Shown here: one piece after another, positions 56,487-64,000 of the stretch | How the letters are laid out: the number at the start of each line of letters is the position of its first letter | Position numbering within the stretch: position 1 is the first letter of the stretch | Assembly (NCBI GenBank): GCA_964636325.1 | Contig: CAZWRV010000030.1 | Coordinates: 62 to 64,061, forward strand | DNA from: an uncultured Victivallaceae bacterium | GTDB lineage: Bacteria; Verrucomicrobiota; Lentisphaeria; Victivallales; GWF2-50-93 | Direction: 5' to 3' | DNA length: 64,000 nt | The notes under the pieces: generated by a model | Databases searched by the model: none | Seen by the model: only the letters and a program-made list of their open reading frames with translations | What the model was told of the DNA's origin: nothing | Translations under genes and position numbers: made by a program

Positions 56487-59400
56487 TTATTCCGCCTCGA
56501 TCGCCAGCACGACATATTCGTGCCATGGCACGACGAGCACCTGATTAATCCGCCACTTCCCGTCCTGTGCGGCCACGGCTACGTCCCGCTCTGTTTCCAA
56601 GTCGTATATGCGTTTGATCTTGCGCGGTGCATCAGGCAGAGGATGCCCGGAGATTATCTTGTTCACGTCAAGTACGGTTCCTTCCAGGGACAAGTCCTTT
56701 CTTGAGATGTTGCCGAATATGACGGCGGTGCTGAGCGTTGCAGTGTTGGAGTAGAACGAAACCTTTATGTCGGCATCCGGCGGTGTTATGAACGCCGTGG
56801 AGTTCCAATAGCCGGTGAAGAGGCAGCGGATGCAGTCAGGAAGGTCGACCAGCGCGTCAAGCCTGCGACGAAGAGGATATAGGAAGGAATTAATGTTAGT
56901 GTAGTCGACTATAGGAACGATATCGTGCAGCAATTGGATTGCGGCCAGGCTACGCCCTATTTTCAGCCCGCGTGAGGGATCTGGATGTTTCTCCCAGCTT
57001 CTAAAAAAACCGCCGTAGGAAGGCTTGGGAACAAGCATTGTGGTCTTGGTCCTCGTAAGGGCACGATACTGATCCAGGGACCACACATCAAAAGACGTGT
57101 AGTCGGCGTTTGATGAGAACCAGAGGTTCTCTATCTGCCATGCCATCTGGTTGAACGACATGTCGGAGCAATGCATGTTGCTTGTCCAAAAAGGCGGGCG
57201 CATGAGTTCCCATCCAAGATGATTCAGGCGTTTTAAAAGCTGGCGCCTCTGCCAGAGGTTGAATGACAGTTCCATGTGCCCGGTTTCGGGGTTGTATTCC
57301 CTTATAGTTCCGATCGAGGCGTTGTCCCACCATGTACCGTTGATGCCGCACTTCTCCATCAGAGGCTTGTGGTACCATATGAAGAAGTCGTTATAGCTGG
57401 CCGTCCAGTTATACCACCAAGGGGTCAGCTGCTCTTCGCTGGTCCACTTTATTGTTCCGCCGTCGTTCAATTGGTTGGCATAGCTTGGATCCGGACGCGG
57501 CTTCCAGTCGCTCCTCCCAAGCCATTCACCGCCGAAAGTCTTATGTTCGGGGGCGCCAACGCCGCCCATGAAAGTGGAACCGTATAGGACAATCCGGTTG
57601 GCGTTGCGGAATCGTTCGTGAAAAATATTCATGTTCCCTGCTGTGATTTCCGGATATTTCGTCCCATATAGCAGATGCCTGCGCAAAGCCGTGAAATCTC
57701 TCTCATCATGCAACGCATAGCCGTCCACGGAATCGCCATAAGTCCTGTAGCCTGGGGTGGCATGGGCGATACCGCCCTCCTGCACCAAAGTCCGGTAGCG
57801 CGGGTTGTTGGGCTTCATGGGTGCCGCCTGGAAGGCGAAACGCAGATTCCGGGGTTTGTCGACCGTGACCGGCCCGGCCAGGAGACGAACGGTCATGCGC
57901 ACCTGCCCATTCTCAAGGCGTTCCAAGCACATCATGGGCTGTTCAGCGCGCAGTTCCCATCCGGCATCAGACCAAGCGAAGAACCACAGGCCGCGGTCAC
58001 CGCTGCCGACATACGAAACCGGCACGAAGGAGAGCCAGTCCTTGCCACGGTCGCAGTAGGCTGCCAGCTCAGTGCTTTCAAAAAACAGACCCGGACTCGA
58101 CGGAATCGCTCCGAAACGGTTGCCTGCCCAAGAATCGCCGTTGCGCTGGATGTACAAGGTATCAGCCGGGATGTCGGCCAGTTCGAGAAGCAGATCTAGC
58201 GACTCGACCACGAGATGCTTTTCAGGAGTCAGCGTAAGTTTCACTCCATACCATCCATCGTATTCGAGGGTTCCCGATATATCGGCACGGATATCCCCCA
58301 GCTTCTGGCTGCCGGCGATTTCGACGGCATGAGCAGCCACACACGGGAACTTGACTTCGGCATCCGCCGCCGCCACCATCTTGTTGTCGGTCTTCAGCAG
58401 CAATCGCATTGGAGATGCCAACAAGCCAGCCTCAAGGCCGCGCTGTCCTGTAGGCATTCTGGCGCTGATGCCGTCAAGCAAACCTCCCTTTCCGACCAAA
58501 TAGCTGCGACCCCACACTGAAAGCCGGCGGTCTTTAACAGCAATGGGGGAGAAGGGCGGAATGACCTCCTCGTTTATTCCAAGAGTATTGTGCTCAAATG
58601 GGTAATGGCGACGTTCGAACTTGGATGTCTGCTCGGCAATCCGTCCGCCTTCCGAGTCAAGGAGCTGGAAAACAGCTTCATAGTCCCCATCATCAAGGGA
58701 TGGAACGTCGAGCAACAGCGATCCTGTCCTATCCCGGATGGGCGCTGCGCCAAACGCCAAAGTGCTGCGGAACCAGCCGTTTACGGGACGGATCGCCACC
58801 TTGAAAGATGCCGCCGCCTGAATTTCGGCAGGAACTCCGAAGAAGTCCAAATCCACTCCGGCCTCGGCCTTTCCACTGTATGGAAGATAAGCCAAGTGCG
58901 ACTCCCATGCGCCGCTCTGTGGTCTGCCTGCAAGCCACTTGACGAGATACTCCGTCCGGTAAGATCCGTTTAGAGCTACAAAAGGCTGGCGATTATGGTA
59001 GAGCACCGTATTGCCAGACAATGCCTTTATTTCCATCCAGTTGCGCTTGGAATCCTTCTGGGTTATTTGAGTTATCGGAATGCCTGTTTTCTTGAAATGC
59101 GCTTCCGCAGACTCGCCAGGATTCAGCTTTAGGGTTCGGTTTTCCCGGAAGATATTCTTGCCCTCAGCGTTTTCAACCGAGACCTCAATGAATGCTTCAG
59201 CGGGCTTGCTTCCGCCGGCAACTGAGATCATCGTGTCGAGCATGCCGTCCATGACTTCTCCGGTTTTCGTGTAGCGGAAGACCGGAGCGTCCGGGGCGAA
59301 ATCAACACGTGCGAATCGCTTCCATTCGGTCCAGCAGCCAGGCACCAGACCGGCAAAGTAGAAACCGCCCGACTCGTCGGCGCGCACAAGTTGCATCACC

Positions 59401-60056
59401 AGGCTTCGGCCATCCAGTGAATCAATGTTCATGCGCTTGAGCTCCACAGCCATTTCGAGCTGCCATGCATCCTCCGTAACATGACATTTGAGCGGTCCTC
59501 CCATCGACCAAAGCGTTTCCGATCCGGGCGTGCCGTTGAAAAACCACATGTCTGTCACAGCGCCCTTGGGATTGGCCATGATCTTATAAAAACCCTTCCC
59601 CTCGAACATTGCATCCTTACGTTCGTTAGTCAGTATCTGCACCTCGACGTGATCCTCGAAAAGCAAAGCTTCACTCTCGTTTTCCTTCACACGTGCCTTG
59701 GGATACGTCCCCTTGGGGTTTGGAGAATGCATCGCCAGATAAAGATATTTGCTGTCGTAGCCGATATACCAGATAACCTGCTGGACTTCCGCAACCATCG
59801 AGAAGGGGCCTACGCCGCCGGTCGACGCAAGGCCGGTGATAGCCGCCGCCCCCCGCCATTCCTCCTGTCCGATCACTCCGTCTATATTCGGCGGCACCTT
59901 CATCTTCGGCGCCAGCAACACGGGATACTCGAATTTTCCGGATTCATCCTCTTCCGCCCAAGCAACTCCCCCCAGGATAATCGCTCCTAAGGCGCAGGTC
60001 ACTATTGGAGTCCAGAAGGCGCATGATGCATCCTTATGCCATCCAAATCTTCTCAT
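56487..60056 (-). CDS. Giant secreted CBM9-like + glycoside-hydrolase-like (DUF4091/GH123-like) protein
   Basis: 1189 aa with a signal peptide and AAGGGGG RBS. N-terminal PNIDGVIGQEEWRGAA...YLYLAMHSPNP...EDHVEVQIL (CBM9/DOMON-like). The C-terminal region is paralogous to 50165-54361. Confidence 0.6.
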   Translation of the reverse strand: MRRFGWHKDASCAFWTPIVTCALGAIILGGVAWAEEDESGKFEYPVLLAPKMKVPPNIDGVIGQEEWRGAAAITGLASTGGVGPFSMVAEVQQVIWYIGYDSKYLYLAMHSPNPKGTYPKARVKENESEALLFEDHVEVQILTNERKDAMFEGKGFYKIMANPKGAVTDMWFFNGTPGSETLWSMGGPLKCHVTEDAWQLEMAVELKRMNIDSLDGRSLVMQLVRADESGGFYFAGLVPGCWTEWKRFARVDFAPDAPVFRYTKTGEVMDGMLDTMISVAGGSKPAEAFIEVSVENAEGKNIFRENRTLKLNPGESAEAHFKKTGIPITQITQKDSKRNWMEIKALSGNTVLYHNRQPFVALNGSYRTEYLVKWLAGRPQSGAWESHLAYLPYSGKAEAGVDLDFFGVPAEIQAAASFKVAIRPVNGWFRSTLAFGAAPIRDRTGSLLLDVPSLDDGDYEAVFQLLDSEGGRIAEQTSKFERRHYPFEHNTLGINEEVIPPFSPIAVKDRRLSVWGRSYLVGKGGLLDGISARMPTGQRGLEAGLLASPMRLLLKTDNKMVAAADAEVKFPCVAAHAVEIAGSQKLGDIRADISGTLEYDGWYGVKLTLTPEKHLVVESLDLLLELADIPADTLYIQRNGDSWAGNRFGAIPSSPGLFFESTELAAYCDRGKDWLSFVPVSYVGSGDRGLWFFAWSDAGWELRAEQPMMCLERLENGQVRMTVRLLAGPVTVDKPRNLRFAFQAAPMKPNNPRYRTLVQEGGIAHATPGYRTYGDSVDGYALHDERDFTALRRHLLYGTKYPEITAGNMNIFHERFRNANRIVLYGSTFMGGVGAPEHKTFGGEWLGRSDWKPRPDPSYANQLNDGGTIKWTSEEQLTPWWYNWTASYNDFFIWYHKPLMEKCGINGTWWDNASIGTIREYNPETGHMELSFNLWQRRQLLKRLNHLGWELMRPPFWTSNMHCSDMSFNQMAWQIENLWFSSNADYTSFDVWSLDQYRALTRTKTTMLVPKPSYGGFFRSWEKHPDPSRGLKIGRSLAAIQLLHDIVPIVDYTNINSFLYPLRRRLDALVDLPDCIRCLFTGYWNSTAFITPPDADIKVSFYSNTATLSTAVIFGNISRKDLSLEGTVLDVNKIISGHPLPDAPRKIKRIYDLETERDVAVAAQDGKWRINQVLVVPWHEYVVLAIEAE

Positions 60057-60437
60057 GTTTCCCCCTTTCTTTATTTAATATCCTAAGGCGGGCTTCGCCC
60101 GCAACCCAAAATTCAATGAATTCCATAGACACATGCATGCTTTTGTGATAGAAGTTTTTAAGAAAGTATCCTAATTTCTTTGGCAATGAATCATATGAGT
60201 GCCCTCGCATAATCTGCCCCGTCAAATAAAGATTTTCTTTGATGGCTTGGACAAGGCCTCGGGATGCCGTAGAATCATACCGGACCGGAAGCCAAGCCCA
60301 AGCGAGAGCATGATTCAATAAGCTATGGAATCCGATCATAAACGCCACCTTTTTCCACTGCCTACGTTCAAATCAGGCATGGCATATTGCTTTTGGCATC
60401 CCAAGGATTAAACTCACTGTATTCAAAGATGCTTGAT

Positions 60438-61373
60438 TCACTTCTGTCCCATGTATGTGGCATACGACCATAGTCCACCAGTTCCTCCCTGGGAAAAGTA
60501 CCCGTTCCCATAATTCAGGACATTCGAATCAAGATTCAGGATGACATATGCGGGCGTTGAGAACCACTGGACATGCCCGTCAATATATGTGCAATTAATT
60601 CCTTTCTTCCAATGGGTGATCGGAGAATACTGGCTGGGCGTATCTAGGGATGCCTTGAATCGAAAACACTGGATGTATGCTGTCAAATGATCAATTTTCC
60701 CATAGAACGACTTGTCTGGATCCCAGTTTGCCGCATTTCTACCGGGCATCCCGAAACGGCCTTTGGCCGTATTGCTTGGAGTATTTTCATAGAATACACA
60801 GGTGTTGGTTGCATATGATCCCCAATAGTCGGTGGCAGGATTCGCAAGAACTTTCTCATACATTTCTTTAAAGGACTTGACCGTTTGATCTTTCTGCTCC
60901 GAGGGACATGTGAAAGCATCGGACGGTACCATGTAGTCAGGAGCAAGCTTGGCAATACCCCACCACGCTCTTATCAGAGTATCAGGAGGGGTTGGAGAGT
61001 TATATGTCACGTATCCATTATTCCCGAAAAATCCGGTTCCGAAATAATTGTTGCTCCTGTATCCGCTCCATGCATTTGTTTCAGGAAGCATCTGGCTGTA
61101 GTCGTTGGAATAGTTCGCAAGCCCAGTATAAAGCTGCTTGTGGTTGCTGATGCATACCGCCCGTCTCCCCATCTCCTTGGCGACTTTCAGCGCGGGGAGT
61201 AAAATCGCCATAAGAATCGCGATAATCGCAATCACCACCAGAAGTTCTATTAGGGTGAATGCCGCCCGATGAAACGGGGAGTTTTCTAGCCATAGGCCAA
61301 AACGTGCATGAAGTTTCCCCTCATGCGGCTTCCCCACTGGAATTTCCTTTAGGATTTCGACATTCCGCCTCAT
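60438..61373 (-). CDS. Prepilin-type N-terminal cleavage/methylation domain protein (DUF1559 / H-X9-DG-type pseudopilin)
   Basis: [26 protein letters not shown] methylation motif. C-terminal [18 protein letters not shown] (H-X10-DG). The ORF is open to 61709 (ATGA overlap with the regulator's stop). Other candidate starts are ATG 61373 and GTG 61337 (AGGA RBS). Confidence 0.8.
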   Translation of the reverse strand: MRRNVEILKEIPVGKPHEGKLHARFGLWLENSPFHRAAFTLIELLVVIAIIAILMAILLPALKVAKEMGRRAVCISNHKQLYTGLANYSNDYSQMLPETNAWSGYRSNNYFGTGFFGNNGYVTYNSPTPPDTLIRAWWGIAKLAPDYMVPSDAFTCPSEQKDQTVKSFKEMYEKVLANPATDYWGSYATNTCVFYENTPSNTAKGRFGMPGRNAANWDPDKSFYGKIDHLTAYIQCFRFKASLDTPSQYSPITHWKKGINCTYIDGHVQWFSTPAYVILNLDSNVLNYGNGYFSQGGTGGLWSYATYMGQK

Positions 61374-61705
61374 ACCCGCGCTTATCCCCGGCCGGGAGAA
61401 CCGTGTCAGACCTCCCCCGTTGCTTGAGGTCGCTTCCTCTTCGTGCCGCCCCCTTTTACACTGTCGGACAGACGGGCGCTGCCCATTCCCTTCCCGCGGC
61501 TTTGTCGCCATGCTTAGTGACGGAGCATGGCTGTCCGCCATGACGGTCAGGCGACCTGCCTGAATTGGGCAATTGGCAGGGACATAGCTTGAATATGTCA
61601 AGTGACTCCAGCCTTCGCTGGGCACATGTTCGATCAGTGTGAAAGCGGCACTTCTCGCTCCGGTAGCGCCGGTGACATCCGGCAGAATTGAAGAAACTTG
61701 AGTTC

Positions 61706-63172
61706 TCATGCAATCAACCTTTCAGCTTTTACCGCAGGCAGATAGCTTGTTTCAGCCAGGAGGTGCTTGAGTCTTGCGATACATTCACTCCTTGTGAGTT
61801 TCCCCGCCATGAAATCCCTGTTGCAGGCTTCTATGTTCATGATGAACCAGTAGTAGGCTGCGGTCATCGGATGAAGAAGCGTGCATTTCCGCAGATTCTC
61901 CCCTATCAGGGTTTCAGGCAGATGATGGTTTCTCACATAGGTCCCGTCTATCAACTCCTGGTATATGGGCAGGTTCAAATGCAGGGATGCAAAGAGATTC
62001 TGGACTTCTCTAGAGCAGAGATACTTCACCAAGCTTATACATTCGCTCATATATTTCGCTCCAGATGAAATGGCAAAGCACGATAGTGTTACTTCCTGCT
62101 TGGCACCGGGTGCGAGCGGTTTCTCTATGACATCCCAGCCGCCCTCCTTCCTGTTGTTCAATTCGGTGAAGAGATGAGATGTGTTTCTCAGGAGCAGAAG
62201 CCGATCGTCGAAAAACTCCCGCAACTGGTCGGGATTGATAGCATTGCGGCCTTTAAGGGTGAGACCATCGACAAATGATATGAAATCCTCGGTTTTCTGC
62301 CAGTCGATTGCAGGCAGGCCGTTGCTCTTCCACAAAAGTGCTCCGGAATTGACCAGGTTGTAGTAAAGACCGCTAGGGTAAAAGCCATACTCGTCCACAT
62401 TTGCATATTTTTTTTCAAATAGCTCCCCAAGTCTGAAAATATCATCATATGTTCTTGGCTCCCGGAACTCTTTGAATTTGGCCTTGAGACTCCTATTTAT
62501 GAATAGAAATGGCAGGGAGACAGCAAAGGGAATGACGCATTGATGGCTATATGGACTTTTCACGAACTCATGCAGTATGCATGCAAGTTCTGCTTCCTGT
62601 ATCCCGATTTCGGCAAGATCCTCGAACTGGACGAATTTGTCGTATCCTATACTGTCCAGTATATGCGGGGTCGTGTTGAGGATGTCAAAATGTTCTTTCT
62701 TCCAGGCATCTTCAATATGGTTGCTGGCGCAGCTTGAATATGAGATATCCACATTGTTTTTCCTCCCGTACTCCTTCAGCACCACATCCCACAGCATCGA
62801 TATGTTTGAGTCATAGTCCGAAATGAAAATGCGCAGACTGGGCCTACTGTTGAAAAAAACAGGGGTAAGATATTCCGAGAAGTCAGTGATCTTCTCGTTG
62901 CCTGGATTCGCTCCCTTTGAAAGAACTCCTTCCCCGGAACAGATTTTCCGCGAGACAGAATAGCCTTTACCACCTTTAACGAGGACAGATCTAGAAACCA
63001 AGATATGGAGGGCGGACAGGACTATTCTCTGGCTTACCTTGTAGAACTTGACAAGTTCTCTGATAGACAGTATCCTGTCACCGGGGGCAAGCCTGCCCGT
63101 CCGAATCTGTAGGTTGATATCATCAACAAGCTCTTTCACTTTGTCGGGTTTCTTTATATTTCCTAATGGCAT
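61706..63172 (-). CDS. GntR-family winged-HTH regulator fused to a periplasmic solute-binding-protein-like sensor domain
   Basis: N-terminus [38 protein letters not shown] (GntR wHTH). The remaining roughly 400 aa resemble an SBP fold. Start at 63172 is supported by a GGGAGG RBS and an upstream consensus promoter. GC is about 42%. Confidence 0.8.
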   Translation of the reverse strand: MPLGNIKKPDKVKELVDDINLQIRTGRLAPGDRILSIRELVKFYKVSQRIVLSALHILVSRSVLVKGGKGYSVSRKICSGEGVLSKGANPGNEKITDFSEYLTPVFFNSRPSLRIFISDYDSNISMLWDVVLKEYGRKNNVDISYSSCASNHIEDAWKKEHFDILNTTPHILDSIGYDKFVQFEDLAEIGIQEAELACILHEFVKSPYSHQCVIPFAVSLPFLFINRSLKAKFKEFREPRTYDDIFRLGELFEKKYANVDEYGFYPSGLYYNLVNSGALLWKSNGLPAIDWQKTEDFISFVDGLTLKGRNAINPDQLREFFDDRLLLLRNTSHLFTELNNRKEGGWDVIEKPLAPGAKQEVTLSCFAISSGAKYMSECISLVKYLCSREVQNLFASLHLNLPIYQELIDGTYVRNHHLPETLIGENLRKCTLLHPMTAAYYWFIMNIEACNRDFMAGKLTRSECIARLKHLLAETSYLPAVKAERLIA

Positions 63173-63200
63173 GGCGGTGAAAACCTCCCTTTTTCCATTT

Positions 63201-63229
63201 ATTGTAGCATTATGTTTACAAATTGTCAA
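63201..63229 (-). promoter_or_regulatory. Near-consensus sigma-70 promoter of the GntR/SBP regulator
   Basis: On the minus strand: TTGACA - 17 nt (ATTTGTAAACATAATGC) - TACAAT, then a roughly 22-nt leader with GGGAGG before the ATG at 63172. Confidence 0.6.
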
Positions 63230-63250
63230 CATAATGATTGCATTATGTCA
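63208..63250. promoter_or_regulatory. Candidate operator (inverted plus direct repeats of CATTATGT) overlapping the promoter
   Basis: CATTATGTT-N11-AACATAATG is a perfect 9-bp inverted repeat (63208-63236), with a third GCATTATGTCA copy at 63240-63250. It contains the GT..AC cores typical of GntR operators. Confidence 0.35.
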
Positions 63251-63524
63251 TTTTTTATTCATTGCGGCAGTAGCCATGCCCCTTTTGAAGTGAGCCGCAA
63301 AAAGCGGCAAAACTCTGTCTTTTTCCGCATTTATAGCTCGCTTGTTATGCTGCGGCGCCCCCCCTGCCGACAATGTCCTGCGAGTTCCTGCACCATGCTG
63401 TGATTTCCCGCGACACCGAGAGTGTTGGAGATTGCGCGCAATGTAAGGGCTGCATGAAGCCATCCTAACCCATCTTTCGCCATCCCCGATCTGATGGAAG
63501 AAGGGGTGCAGCACGAGGTCGCTT

Positions 63525-63761
63525 TTGAGTATCCGGAAGGCGCATGCGGAGCGCGCGGCCAGATTCGAAAGAATAATCTACCAGATAGAGGACAAGGCCG
63601 GAAAGGAAAGTTTCGCGAGCAGGAGGGACGCCTGCCTGTGGCTGTCGGAAAACGCACGCGGGCTTGCAGCTTGCTTCGCCGTAAAAAACGGCGAAGGCGG
63701 AAAAGCGAAGATAGCCAGAAAGGCGCGGGCCGTCGCCAGCGCGACCGCTCACTTCGGATAA
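63525..63761 (+). CDS. Hypothetical small protein (weak call)
   Basis: The 78-codon TTG-start ORF (SIRKAHAERAARFERIIYQIEDKAGKESF...) is the only frame in 63.25-63.9 kb with protein-like composition and GC3 bias. No family was recognised. Confidence 0.25.
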   Translation: MSIRKAHAERAARFERIIYQIEDKAGKESFASRRDACLWLSENARGLAACFAVKNGEGGKAKIARKARAVASATAHFG

Positions 63762-63972
63762 GCGGTAGTGCTGACCGATAGAAAGGGACGGACGGGCGAG
63801 GAGGTGCTTGCCGACCACCGGAGCAGGGACTTGGCCGATCGGCAGTGAATATCCCGTTGCCAGTATAGATACCACAATTTTTTTAGTTTAGGTTCCACGG
63901 CTGGACGCTCACGGTGTTCCGCTGATACGGAAGGCGCATTTCAATGATGCGGATTCTACAGCCCGGTGCAGA

Positions 63973-64000
63973 GTATGAATTCAGCAAACTACGCCCTTTT
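63973..64000. repeat. R1 palindromic REP-like element (cut by window end)
   Basis: GTATGAATTCAGCAAACTACGCCCTTTT is identical to the first 28 nt of the copy at 38085. Confidence 0.8.

Noticed and set aside
60034-60348. 104-aa ORF in the low-GC spacer between the pseudopilin gene and the first hydrolase gene
   Set aside because: It overlaps the well-supported start and RBS of the 1189-aa gene, has no RBS or family signature, and lies in what is more likely a promoter or leader region. That region contains a GCGGGC-TTCG-GCCCGC hairpin at about 60088-60103.
63290-63900. RNase P RNA, tmRNA, SRP RNA or cobalamin riboswitch
   Set aside because: Only isolated short matches were found on either strand (CTGACCGATA; CCACCGGAGCAGGGAC; GGGAA..GGTGCAGGAAC). 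The universally conserved blocks (GGAAAGUCCGGGC, ACAGAANCCGGCUUA, the tRNA-like 3' end, the B12 box) are absent. The region is kept only as unassigned.

Overview
The window is a high-GC (about 60%) chromosomal segment from a Gram-negative-type bacterium. The gene content suggests the PVC group (Lentisphaerota, Kiritimatiellota or Verrucomicrobiota-like): two DUF1559/H-X9-DG-type pseudopilins and giant LamG/CBM9 glycoside-hydrolase-like secreted proteins. This taxonomic call is inference only.

Housekeeping genes are dense and mostly unambiguous:
- Amino-acid biosynthesis: aroC, argG (ATGA-coupled to aroC) and a TrpB2-type trpB.
- Other metabolism: PurS-fused purL, dxr, galK, accA, folP.
- Envelope, signalling and information processing: rseP, cdaA-cdaR, gyrA, rpoD, mutT, tRNA-Ala(CGC).
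- Regulation: a hybrid sensor kinase with a SixA-like phosphatase and a NarL-type regulator, plus a GAF sigma-54 activator.

The accessory content is mainly glycan-related:
- A GH36-like hydrolase and a PA14 protein.
- A lower-GC operon at 50.2-63.2 kb with the order GntR/SBP regulator, pseudopilin, then three large hydrolase-like proteins.

The most unusual feature is in the intergenic DNA, which is built from at least five dispersed repeat families:
- R1: a 41-bp palindromic REP-like element, 9 copies, one with a clean 8-bp flanking duplication.
- R2: a composite hairpin / 12-nt VNTR / mini-uORF element that abuts the start codons of unrelated genes.
- R3: a roughly 275-bp MITE-like element with about 35-bp terminal inverted repeats, plus solo ends.
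- R4: a roughly 92-bp element with terminal inverted repeats, lying just 3' of minus-strand genes.
- R5: a 41-bp double hairpin.

Other points of interest are a secreted CxC-rich metallothionein-like mini-protein, a G-[ND]-D-x-Y solenoid-like repeat protein, an in-frame TAG followed by 47 coding-like codons, and an L,D-transpeptidase-like protein lacking the catalytic Cys. No CRISPR array, rRNA, intact transposase or recognisable defence system was seen. All family assignments come from motif recognition by eye, not database searches.
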